Shown piece after piece: positions 40,801 to 53,150 of a stretch of DNA of 64,000 bases (position 1 is the first letter of the stretch; each line of letters begins with the position of its first letter). Source of the DNA: Trichoplax sp. H2 (taxonomy: Eukaryota); NCBI GenBank assembly GCA_003344405.1, contig NOWV01000120.1:1-64000 (forward strand), given 5' to 3'. The notes under the pieces were generated by a model. That model was not told the DNA's origin. It searched no databases and worked only from the letters and a program-made list of their open reading frames with translations. Both the position numbers and the translations under genes were made by a program.

Positions 40801-43538
40801 ACTGTGCACTGTCTCATGCGTACAAACTGTTGCTCCGTGCTGCGGCTGCCAAGCCACGCAGGCGCAGCGCGGTATTGTGTAATAGGCATGACTGTCTCTT
40901 TTATTCAGTCAGTACAGTACTGTACAGTGTACAGTGTACAGTGTACAGTAGTCCCTGGCATCCAGTTGCAATGTACTGTACTGTACAGTATTGGTACTGT
41001 AGAAGGGCGTGATTAATGTGCAACCAAAGCCAAAGGTCAAATCAGGGAGTCAACGAATTCACCGGTTAGTTACGACAGTGTACTGTATCAGACTGAGTCT
41101 ACCGTATAGTACTTTCTATTCTGGAGACTGGTTTTGAACGGTACTGTACAGTGTACAGTGTACAGTACATGAGCAGTGTTGACAGTACGGTACAGTGCAC
41201 AGTACTGTACACTGTACTATACAGTGCTAACTTACAGAACTCAGTATGATCAGCTCAGATCAGACTTTTAATGATGGAGCATGATGGAGCTCGACTGATT
41301 TCCTAATCCTTCCTATTTGTAACCCCAATCCTGATTTCGAGTTAAATAACCGTGTGTATTCGAGCATGAAAGGATGAAAGCAAAAAAACGATCGAAAGTC
41401 ATTCATCCCAAATGCAGTGATCATGAACAACGGAAGCCCCGTAACAAGACTGCCATGAACCAGTACTGCTGTTAATATTAGCCTGTCATAATACGCGTAT
41501 AATGATATACTGTACAGTACAAGTAGTTTTTATGCTATGGTGTAAAAATATTTTTGGAGATTTATCGTCAATCATAAATCATACTTACAACTCACGCGCA
41601 TTTTATACTTCGCGTACAGTATAGTATGTACTTGCACTGTGAGTTGCACATCTTACTTTATATCTAGAGCGACTAACACTAGTGTAATGTGATTTTTCGG
41701 TAGTTCTTAAAAATGTTTAGTCCTTTGGTTCTCCATTTCTTACACTCGTAAAATCAACGCAATCGGTCTCATAAGACAGATGAATAGTTAGTCTTGAAGA
41801 GAAGTAACGTCGATATCAGTTTCAATCAATCGTGCCTACGAGATACTGCTGTGTTACATTTGCGGTTAAACCCCTGTTATTATTTTACTTTTTCGGACTC
41901 CATTCAAAGTCATGGATCGTTACTGTACAGTACACTGTACACTTTACAGTACACTACAGTACAGTAGTCAGCAGTTCGTTTTCTTGCTCTGCATAATCAC
42001 GTATATTTACATTGGTCTCGAACAACTAAACACTCATTTGGGTTTCTAATTGAATTGTTAAAATTTAGGGTAGTTGTTCAACCACCGAACGATTGGAAAA
42101 CTCTCCCATTTAATAAATTACCTGATTGGCTTCAGGATAATGAATTTCTAGTCAAAGGATATCGACCTCAGCTCCCTTCTGTCTCACTTTGTTTGCGTAG
42201 CATCTTTCGTATCCATACCGAAACTGGAAACATCTGGACTCATCTTTTAGGTTTTATTGGGCTACTGATATTTGCTATATACTGTTTTTCAGTGCCACTC
42301 AGCCAGAAAACATGGCAAGAACAAGCAGTCTTCGGGTAACCTATTGAATCTGCCTATTGTCAATATAATGATCAATTTTAAAACTAGTCACAGTTTGTAC
42401 AATACGTATATCGACTTTCATAATATATCACGAATATGTTCACTAATTACTTAAATGATTCTTAAATATCAAACTTTCTCAAATTTATTGCAATCAATTA
42501 TCTTTGTATCGAATAATAAACAATAAACATTTAACTTGTTTGCGAAGAGCACACTATTTATTTAAACGTGTATTTTATCAATTCTAGAGCATTTTTTGCT
42601 GGAGCGATTACCTGCCTCCTGTTTTCGTCTTTCTTTCACACCATTTATTGCTATTCTTTTAGAGTTATGAAATCATCTGCTAAGTAAGTGTCTGCTCGAG
42701 CTATTATTCATTGTGTCTTGTTTATAGTATTGCACTATATAGTACGTCGTATTGCCTTATTGCTGATAGAACGCTTTAGTAAGCCTTCAATTCTATTTCG
42801 AAACTCTTTTTAACTCTTGTGCGTCTCAACAGATTAGATTATTTGGGAATTGCAACTTTGGTTGTCGGATCAAACGTGTCACTTATCTATTACGCATTTT
42901 ACTGCTATACCATCCCCCTTATCATTTATGAGACTGTGGCGATCGTTTTAGGTACTGCAGCTGCCATCGTATCACTGTTCGATAAATTTTCTGAATCAAA
43001 ATATCGTACTTTTAGGGCAGGTATGTTATTTCTTGTATGAAAAATATTACTGTAATTGTAAGTGTTCTATGAATATGAGATAATATTATTATGATCTGGA
43101 ACATTTTACAGCATTGTTTGGCGGCGTAGGAGGTTCTGGAGTCGTTCCATTGCTTCATTACTGTGGTATCACTGGATTTTATAGAGCTATAGAAATAGGA
43201 GGTATACCATGGTTTCTAGCTAGTGGCTTGAGCTATTTGGTTGGAGTAACTTTATACGCCACTCGCACACCTGAGCGCTTTTTTCCTGGACGATGCGATA
43301 TCGTAGTAAGCATAACAGTTGCTCTCGCTTTTTGGATTTTAAATGTTCGTTTGCAAGCAATTTGACTTAATATTTGCAACTTTATATTTAGTTTCAGAGT
43401 CATCAACTTTTTCACGTCTTCGTGGTAGTAGGTGCAATTCTCACCTATTGTTCTTTAAATAGCTATGCTGACTATCATCAACTTGTTGGTCATAACTGCT
43501 CAGTGGTTCATAGTATTTTTAAAAATGGTAATTATTAA
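37835..43538 (+). CDS. ADIPOR: Adiponectin receptor (PAQR class I) homologue, 7 coding exons
   Basis: LPDWLQDNEFL..GYRPQLPS..SIFRIHTETGNIWTHLLGF, SSFFHT, LDYLGIA, PERFFPGRCDI, FQSHQLFHV (Zn ligands intact). Exons 37835-37915 and 39294-39373 splice in phase to the exon at 42069. These two 5' exons are less certain than the core 42069-43538. Confidence 0.88.
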
Positions 43539-44670
43539 TACGGCGATTAGAACGCCTATTTTATCTTATCTTCGATGTAAGAATTTAATGTGAGAAACAT
43601 GTTATTCCAAGAAAAGTTTGTCATTTTATTCCTTCTTAAAACTGTAGGAAATATTGATAAATTTTTAGTTTTTATCTGCAAAAGGCTTAATAGCATTCGT
43701 ATACTGTATTGTATATGAACTAAAGTCATATCTAAAAGTTTATTGTAGCGTAGTTACGAGCTTTTCGATATTTTTCTCTTACTATATAGTTATAATACTG
43801 CAAATATACTGTGTATACTAAATGCAGTAACTCTGTCATTGAATACGTTTTCAGCCTTAGCAATCAAGTTGTCATTTACATCAAATGGGACTCTTTACGG
43901 TGCATACACATATTTTTCGTAATGTACAAACACAACTGCTATATTGTCATTCAATATGTAGGTTTTGTGACACAGTTGCGAAGATCATAATTATTTCTTC
44001 TTACACGTTAGTAGAGAAAAGTCAAAATGTCATACATAACGATCTCGACTAAAACCACCTTTAAATAATTAAAAGATCTGTTCTACCATTGCATTAGCCC
44101 AAGGTTGATCTTTCGATTGAAATATTTGAGTCAACTAAATTTAAATAATTTAGCGCTGTTTTGAACTGCAATAAAGGCAAATTAAATATCGATTGGTTCA
44201 TATGAATAGCTTTCTATCGTGATAATCCATACTAGAGAAATTAACAAAATCCGCTTGTCGCTTGAACCTAAAAGCCTTAGTGAAAGTCATACTTACTGTA
44301 GCTATCGTAATTATTGCGTGAACTTATATAACATTGTAAACCAGAGCACTACGCGCATCGAGAAATTATGAAATGATTGAAAAATAAAGTTTTGTTTACG
44401 CATAGTTTTATTTTCGACTTTGATATGAGTATAACGTCATGCCATTATGGTAATGTTAATGTGTACGTATAGATATAAAAAATGGTATTATCAAAGCAAT
44501 CCGGTAAAGTATAACATTATAAGACAAATATTATAAGTAACTTCTTATTTACGAATGACGCAGAAAACCTGAAGTCACCATGTACGAGATATACTGTATA
44601 ACCAGCCTTCAGTCATACTCTTTGATTAATACCATGAATGATTCTCAAGTTTTATCAGTTCTCTTAATAG

Positions 44671-46946
44671 TTAAGGAATCCTCATTAGATCAGCAAGAGT
44701 AGGCAAACAATAATCAGGTAGCATTTCCGGCGATTTTTTTCTTAATGCTTCAACTTCATCTGCCGTAGAAACACCGGAATATACTAGAATAGTTTTGAAA
44801 CCACACTTTATTCCAAAGGCTATATCAGTATCGATCCTGCAGTGCATAAAACGAATCAAGTTACAAAATGTAAATTTAAATCATTTTATTCACGTATTAA
44901 TCGCTATTCCCGTTCATGAGTCAATTCTGTAAAATAGTACGATTACTATTTTATACCTGTCGCCAATCATACAAGACGATTCTGGATTAATAGAATGCCT
45001 GCAATTGAGAGGTAATAGATAATATTTTAACGTTTGCGGTATAACGATTGATTAGATTTGATATAGCCTACAAATGGAGGATCTCACAACATTTGCAAAT
45101 CGCTTAATGAATTGGTATCGTATATGCATGTAGCACTCATAATATTTGTATATTTTTATTAGGGAAACGATCTTACTTAGACAAGATACAATCATAAATA
45201 TTTCGGTTCGGCTTTCCAATTAGAATACGATCTTGGCGCCTGGAAGCTACTCTCAAGATAGCACCGATACTGCCGGTACCTACCATAAAGCGTGAATAAA
45301 ATGAAGTACTACAATCGACAAATTTGTTATCCTAGGTATTTTTACGAATGTTATAATTGTAATCTATATATCTTGAGAGTACTCACCAGGAATAACTATG
45401 TTAGACCCTCTAACTGGTAATCGATCATCTTCATTGGTGACTATTAAAAGACAAGATTCTTTTGCCAAGTAACTGGTGGCTTTAATCATTTTCATGTAGT
45501 TAACATGTATATCTAGTCCTTGAACAACAGCTCCAATCTTATAGAAACAAGTTTAAGTATTTAAATCCACAATGTGGTTACAATTGGCTAAGAATATTTT
45601 GAACAAAGTTTAGATAGCGGTAAAGTAGAAATTACGTCGTCATCCAACGAAACGCTTCCTATACAGGTATCAAGGTTACCATGAAAGGGATCAGGCTACT
45701 TCAACAATTATAAAATATTCATATCGATTGTTAACAAATTTCATGACGCGGTAGACAGGAAACTTGAGGTACGAAAGTACTTTTGATACACGTTTATGTT
45801 ATGCTAGTAAAATTTCGTATAAAGGCTAACCCCAGTGCCAGTATGAGAAATATCTAAAGCGTCAAATTCTTCCGCCATCGATTCCGAGCCTAGAAGGTAT
45901 ACCTTTCCGGTAAAGTTTAATTTATTCTTTATATACCATGCTGTGACCTTGGCCGTTCCATAAATTTCATCCTAAAAAGTCAACATCGCTATAAAATTTG
46001 TACACTGTATTGCGAATGTGTGATAATTTAGATTGTAACTCGTATATAGATAAGATGCAAGGATGTCAGTGCTCAATTTACAATTCGACCATTTTAAGTG
46101 AATACTTTGTATGGAGAGGTATGCTTTGTAGTAATTACGTATTCAGAATGTAACACACATGGTTAAGGCAATAGTGTGCAAGGATATGTTTTACTTAATT
46201 CATTCCGAAGTTTAGAGCAGAACGTACAGGATATGCTTCAATTCCAAATCGTTGAAATTTCTTCATGTAACTAGCAACTGATTTGGAGCTATTATTGGAT
46301 ACAAAAAATATTCTTTTTCCCTGTTGTTTACAAAGTAATTTATGCTCAGAATCATTGATCAGTTAATATAATTACAGTGTAAGTATACAAAATGGTGAAT
46401 ACAATTATAGAATATGCAATATTATTATTCTCTAAATAGTGAAGTTATTTATAGTACTGTATACTCGCATATACGCGTACAATCTATACATTACACGTGC
46501 ATAAAGTAATACAGTAATCCTTCCGGAAAAGACTGCTAAAAAATAATAAAGCATCGGACAACAATGGCAATGATGTACATTCTTTCTACCTTAGCTCTTA
46601 ATTTGTTGACTGTTTCAACTGCTCCTGCTATAGCCTCATTACCAAGCCAAATAACTCCTGAAGATGATTAAAAAGGAGATTTAGCTGGAAATAGCATTAG
46701 CCATGATACAAAGACGAGTATGTTACCAAGCTGTACTTTATAAGTGCTGGCATGATAGCGGTCGAGTGTCAAGAATTGGCAGTGCCAATTGCTTACATAA
46801 TATTTTCATAAATATAATCGCAAGAAATTTAAAGTCTTATGATACGCCATCGCCTTACCATCACAGTCAAAGAAAAAGGTATCAATTCCAGAAAGGAATT
46901 CGTCAGTTTGCTCGCCTTGCATAAGTCTTCCCTTACTATCCGTCAT
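44671..46946 (-). CDS. PGP: HAD-IIA phosphoglycolate/glycerol-3-phosphate phosphatase (PGP/PDXP family), 9 exons
   Basis: Spliced: DTFFFDCDG|VIWLG..|GKRIFFVSNNSSKS..IVTNEDDRLP..IPG|TGSI..IGKP..CMIGDR|IDTDIAFG..GFKTILVYSGVS..PDY. ATG at 46946. Confidence 0.9.
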
Positions 46947-47886
46947 AGTAAGCACAAACGTTACTGGGTTCACGATTGCGACGTCAGGCAGTTAAAATGT
47001 TTATTAAAAATTGAATGAGTCAATTATTTCTGAAATATGAACCAATGTAATTCGAACTGATACACCACTAGAAATTATTTACAGGGCGTACATAAGCATT
47101 ACGGGAATTTCCTCAGCTGTCCATGTTTTTGATTATAATTACTGTACGTATGCATATATCTATCAATATGTCATATATAGGAGCAGAATACCCAACTGTA
47201 AGATCATCCAAAACATTGACAGTTATTTAAGGAAATATCAGCTTGAAGTCAGTACGAAATGTATCACATTGCAAATTAGAGTACAGTCGCAACAAAGCTG
47301 ATAGGTAAATAGAAATTTATGATCTTCTAGAACCAATGAAATTGGCGAACTTGCCAACTGATACGCAGATAGAAATTAATCATTTGCTATGCGCGTATCT
47401 ACTCTATAGCCTCTAAAATTTGCGAATTTTAGACATCATCTTCCTCTTACCTTTATTCCGTGACTCTGCCTACAGTATATGCTGTCCATGTGCACTTGCG
47501 CAGTACTTTGCTGTACGCATTGTACCGGAGTCAGTCTGGGAGGTGTTGAAGCTGGTGTTCAGTAACGAAATCACATGCTGACTTACTGAGTACTGTATCA
47601 TACTGTACTGTTACACGAATGTACAGTACTGCACAGTGCACATACGCTGGGTGTCTGGTCTGTTACCTAAAGCGGTTGCTCGATTTTGTAATTGGCTTGC
47701 TTGTCTAAAATTAAGTAATATTATATTGGAAATCTATTCTATTTACTAAGTTCTGCTTCAAAATAGTAAAATAGCTATATAAAGAGATGAATATTCTTAA
47801 ATTAGTACAAGTAATCAAGAAAAAATAGATACAGAAGATCCATACTAAGTAACTAATTTTTCAATATTTTGGCCTCCTAGGGTAGA

Positions 47887-48015
47887 AAAGTCTGTCTGTC
47901 TGAAGAGTCTTCTGTCAGCTTAAGAAGACACTACCTGTTAATCCTGTAGTGCATGGCTTACGGTATAAAAGTCTGTCTGTCTGAAGAGTCTCCTGTCAGC
48001 CCTGTTAATCCTGTG
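47887..48015. repeat. ~80-bp imperfect tandem duplication in the PGP/RPL27A divergent promoter
   Basis: AAAAGTCTGTCTGTCTGAAGAGTCT[T/C]CTGTCAGC...CCTGTTAATCCTGT occurs twice. Confidence 0.85.
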
Positions 48016-48191
48016 GTACAGACTGTACAGTACAGTGTACAGCAGTACAATGTACAGTACAGTGTACAGTACAGTACAGTGTACTGTACAGTACAGTACT
48101 GCTGTAGCAAAAGAATCCGAGTGCAATGTACTGTAGCGGTTCTGCTCAGTACTGTAAAGCGGTTAGGCGACGACTAATATACATGCGCACA

Positions 48192-48214
48192 TTCCTTCTT
48201 CTTCCTCCTCTTTC
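48192..48214 (+). promoter_or_regulatory. Polypyrimidine TCT/5'TOP initiator tract of RPL27A
   Basis: ttccttcttcttcctcctctttc ~15 nt upstream of an ATG that is immediately followed by GT, the typical layout of animal ribosomal protein genes. Confidence 0.75.
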
Positions 48215-48228
48215 ACGTTGCATAGAAA

Positions 48229-49688
48229 ATGGTGAGTCTGAGAATTTTCATCTAGTTTTGAATCTCTCCAGAATCAGTCACAATCACTTAAATGTCTTCC
48301 GTAATTTTACATTCTTTACTTGAAAAAATAGCTCTACTTGAAAGATAGTCAGTTTTTTTTTGTTTTAACAAAGATAGAAGCATCTAAAATGGATTAATTT
48401 AGTGTTCATTCAGACGGATGGTAATGGTCAGTCTTTACTGTTTTTAGGTTGCTCGTCAAAAGAAAACTCGAAAGTTGCGAGGGCACGTTAGTGCTGGACA
48501 TGGCCGTGTTGGTATGTACTATAGTTCCTAATCTTTTGATTTTAACGTCGTCCCTGTAATATATTGTGCAAATTCGAACAGTAGAAACGAAGTTGCTATG
48601 TTTCGGTGAATGAACTTGCTTGTTACATGTCAATCGAATTGAGCGATAGAAAATATATATTTATCATAGTTCCATGGAAGACTTTTTTCTGTCTTCGTAT
48701 CATACTGTATATTTGGATTATTGAGCTATTCAAGTGAGATTTTCATCGTATATTATATCAGCTACTTTACTATAAATGCCATTTAGCGATGTTTATAGGA
48801 AATAAATCAGCTTGACATCTATTACTGTCATTGACCAGTAGATCGTAAACCGTAGCAACGGATTATCCTTGCTGTATTGCAACTGAGCAATGTACGCTCA
48901 ATATTGAATGATCCTATCTTTCGTAGAAGTCGTTAATTTTAAATTCTCTGTAATCTTAGGCAAGCACAGAAAGCATCCTGGTGGTAGAGGTAATGCTGGT
49001 GGTTTGTTGCACCGTAGGGCAAACTTTGACAAATAGTAAGTATAAAGCGCTTTATTATATGTAGCATCACTCCTTTGACTCCCACATAGCAGATGATGCA
49101 CAAATGTAACTTATATAGTACGATTAGTTGTGATTATTGTTAAAGGACTGTAGCGATAAATTGCTCTACGTATTACTGTTGCGAGTACTGTGATAAATGT
49201 TGAACTGAAACGTTCCATATCATTCCGCTCTCTTTTGGATAAGCGAATTTGAAGTACTCAGATCGGAATCGTTTTTATATTTCAGCCATCCAGGTTATTT
49301 CGGTAAATGCGGTATGCGATACTTTCACTTGACGAGAAATAAGTACCATTGCCCAACCATCAATGTGGATAAACTGTGGACTCTCGTTAGCGAACAGACA
49401 AGAACGCACTATGCTGAGAAAACTGAAAAGGCCCCAGTCATTGATGTTGTTCGTGCTGTGAGTATTACCGCAATTACTATGGATACCTTTTGCATGAGTT
49501 GCTTTTCTTTCGATAGGTTTTACTATATTTGATAACTGTTGTATAATTTCTTGTTCTAGGGTTACTATAAGGTTTTAGGTAAAGGATTATTACCGAAGCA
49601 AGCTGTCGTTGTTAAGGCCAAATTTTTTAGTCGAACTGCTGAAAAGAAAATCAAAGATGTGGGTGGCAGTTGTGTGTTAGTTGCTTAA
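48229..49688 (+). CDS. RPL27A: 60S ribosomal protein L27a (uL15), 5 exons
   Basis: [67 protein letters not shown]..|[31 protein letters not shown]. Confidence 0.97.
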
Positions 49689-51596
49689 ATTTGTAAAATA
49701 TAAGATAATAAAAATCGTTCACATTGGCTGTATCTTGAAGGTATATTCATCAGTTGTCTTTCTTGACATTTATTGCAACAATTGACAAGTGTAAATGTCA
49801 TGGATACTTTTCTAACAAGTTAGGATTCGTTTATATAATACCGTAACATTTTGTGATAAGATTTGGGAAATTGAATCAGGCATTCGTTGCTCGAACTAAC
49901 TCTCGCTTGTAGTAGCAGGCCATTGTAGAATTTTAAACTCTTATTCTTACTCTGCTGCGATATACCCTAGTTTATGATAACATGCAGCTTGCAACTAATC
50001 TGATCTATTTCATAAGCAAATTGCCAGTGAGTTATGTCGTAACTTATACTACTACTGTACTTTATTCTAGCAACAAAGGCATGTGAATAAAAGCATTGTA
50101 TAATTTTGCGAAGTTTTTCAGTTCCTGAGCACACTAGTGTCTTATGAATGTTCGTCTATATTTCCTTCATTTCACTTCATTAGTTGATGCTATCATAATT
50201 CGTAAGTATACGGATGCGGGCTCAATATATTGAAGATACAAATGTACAGTAGTATAGTGATTCAGTAACCCACGTGTATACCTGGTATACACGCCTGAAA
50301 TTAATCGAGACTTACCTGAGAATGCGAAGTTATACTTACGTATATCTATAGTTTAGTGAAGGTTAAAAGTGCATTGAGGTATAGACGAGCTATATCACAT
50401 GCTATCAGTATTTATAGTCATAAATTAGGGATTACGAAGGTTACAAGACAACTATCCTAGCAAAGACTCGATAATGTTGGTCACAGGACTATACGCTAAC
50501 AGTTAGGATAAACTTGATGAGAGATGAGTTAACCATGTTCAATTGTTCATTCAGGGCGTAATTCACGGACTTGTGTCCTTAAAAAAATGGGTTTGTAAAT
50601 TCGATTAAGATGATAGAGTATTCATACCTAACCTGGAAATTTTTTAATTGCTACCAATGAACAGAACTTACTTAAGTATATCCATAGCTATTATTAAAAT
50701 ATCAGACAGATAAATATGCGATATACGTTTGTACGATCGAAAATATATTGCTTTTTATTGCTGCACACATTTCTATTTATCCCACAATAATTTAATATAA
50801 AAAAAATCTTCATATTCTATTAATTAATCAAGTAAAAGAATATATCCTTAATTCATTATTCGAAACACGCCAATACGTAATAGCTTAAGACAACCAGCGG
50901 CCTAAACATATTACAATATTCGAATGCATTCATCTTCATACCGACAGTAATCTGAGTGCCTGCTATATTTGCAAGCATCGCGGTATGTAGAACATTAATT
51001 TTAATTCAAGGACATTAAACGTTACTAGAAAGCAGATATTACGGTTTTACGTTACTCCCGGTTATAAGAAATTCCTATAATACATATAATACTACAATAG
51101 TCTGTTGTATTAAGGGCTACTGGAATCCTGATCGTATCTAGGCTAAAATTGTCAATCTATTAAAAATGCTGATTGGCAGATTTTACGAATGTGATACTAG
51201 GGCTACATTTTACGTCAGTTTCTATTAATTAATAGAAGATAGATTGCGATTCATTCTTCATACTGTACTACAGTAAAGGATATAAGTCCAGAATAATTGT
51301 TTATTATGTATCTATGTCTAAAGACTATCGTCTATACTATATATAGACTAAGCTAGAACAAAATTCAGAGTAATTACTGCATAATTACAGTATTTAGTGA
51401 TGAATAAAATATAAATTAAAACGTAGAGCAAAAAATAAATTTGCCACCTTATAATAACCTTTAACTGTACGCTCTCATCAGTGAGTAGATACCACAAATA
51501 TGACCGTAAGATATGATTTTTGTTGAATAATAACCGATAATTTTTGACAATGTATAAATCATTCTTATGTAATTATATTATCATCCTGTAATTTAA

Positions 51597-53150
51597 TTAA
51601 ACTGAGGTTACTTTACTTAATCTTCGGCTACTCCCGCTTTGACGGATACCCGTGCCATTCCTTTCCACTATTTCAATCCATACTCCGTTTTTTGGCTGTA
51701 ATACTAGGCCAACTCTTTGCTTAACAGCACGATTTGCAACTAGACGAATATCGTAGCGTTGAATAATCTTGGCTACCACCAATGTAACAACACCCATTGC
51801 AAATATCTGTCCAAGGCATTTCCTGGAGCCAGCTGAGAAAGGCAGGTAAGCAAATGGGTGCCTATCTCTTATTTTCTCCGGTGTAAAACGTAGCGGATCG
51901 TAAGTCATTGGGTCCGGCCACCATTCCGCTTGATGATGAACGGATATTACTGGAACTTCAACAGGACAACCAGTTGGCAATTTTACATCTTCAATTTTGA
52001 TATCTTTATCGAGGCAACGACCACTTAAAAATGGCACCGGTGGATAAAGACGAAGCGCCTCCTTAACGCACATGATAGTATACTTCAAGGATGTGATGTC
52101 TTCCCATTCTAGCTTATTCAGATGTTGTAAGTAAGCATTGACCTCATCGCGAACTTTCCTTTGATGGCTTCGATGTTTCCCAAGACAGTACAACGACCAG
52201 GTAATTCCATTGGATAGCGTATCATAACCGGAAAAAATAAAAGAATTAATTTCATCCCTGATATCATTTACTAATAGTTTTTGACCATCGCTATCTTTGA
52301 CAGACAATAAGATATCTAAAAAATCGTTCTTATAACTACGGTCTTGCGATTTATCATTCCTTCTCATTTCTTTTTGGCGTTCATGGATTGCATCTTCAGT
52401 ATATTTGTGAACAAGATCACATACGGAATAAAATTCTCGACCATTTCGTGTCATCCAATACAGCCATTCATTGGTGATAGATGGATTTAGTATGCGTTCG
52501 TGAACAAGAGAGCTCATTTTTTCGAAGGCTTTAACGAATGGATGTTTACCTTCCACTACCTGACATGCATAGCGACCGGAGAAAGCGCAACGCATGATAA
52601 TATCGAAAGATAGCATTTTGATATCGCCATACATATCAAATGTACGTTTCATGCGACTATACACATTCCAATGATCTGTCATAATCTTAACGCAATCGTG
52701 TATAACAGGTGCACTCTTGGATAAAAAGGTTAAATTGAAGGCTCCGCCAATAAGGCGCCGCTTTTGCTGCCATTTTTGTCCATTTTCTGTCAGTAATCCA
52801 TTGCCAAGCCAAGGCTTCAAGTAGCTGACAAAAATGCCGTCTTTGTCTTGTGATGCACTTAGGACCGCTTTAATAATATCAGGATGTATGCATTGCATCG
52901 TTGGTCGAAACGGACCTAACCAGAATCGATAACATTTCGGAAATTCTTTAGCTAGTTGATGTAAGTCATCAATGGTCTGTTCGTCTGTACCATGTAAACA
53001 GTTGAGATTGCCATTCACCCAACTAGCAGGCGGTCCAGGGAAATCACGCAAAGCCCTACCGAAGGCGTAATACTTGGCGATGCTTTCCAATGCCAGCCCA
53101 ATTAAACAAAATAATATGGTTACTGCGGCAAAAAATATATACCAATACAT
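51597..53150 (-). CDS. Cytochrome P450, CYP4-clan-like, intronless (~517 aa from ATG 53150)
   Basis: N-terminal anchor, FPGPP hinge, LKPWLGNGLL..GQKWQQKRR, I-helix SGYDT, KEALRLYPPVP, DPLRF, FSAGSRKCLG heme motif. Confidence 0.93.
   Translation of the reverse strand: MYWYIFFAAVTILFCLIGLALESIAKYYAFGRALRDFPGPPASWVNGNLNCLHGTDEQTIDDLHQLAKEFPKCYRFWLGPFRPTMQCIHPDIIKAVLSASQDKDGIFVSYLKPWLGNGLLTENGQKWQQKRRLIGGAFNLTFLSKSAPVIHDCVKIMTDHWNVYSRMKRTFDMYGDIKMLSFDIIMRCAFSGRYACQVVEGKHPFVKAFEKMSSLVHERILNPSITNEWLYWMTRNGREFYSVCDLVHKYTEDAIHERQKEMRRNDKSQDRSYKNDFLDILLSVKDSDGQKLLVNDIRDEINSFIFSGYDTLSNGITWSLYCLGKHRSHQRKVRDEVNAYLQHLNKLEWEDITSLKYTIMCVKEALRLYPPVPFLSGRCLDKDIKIEDVKLPTGCPVEVPVISVHHQAEWWPDPMTYDPLRFTPEKIRDRHPFAYLPFSAGSRKCLGQIFAMGVVTLVVAKIIQRYDIRLVANRAVKQRVGLVLQPKNGVWIEIVERNGTGIRQSGSSRRLSKVTSV

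Noticed and set aside
49063..49105. GCATCA...TGATGC-ACA hairpin as an H/ACA snoRNA
   Set aside because: It is a single short hairpin close to the 5' splice site with no H box or second hairpin, which is insufficient support.
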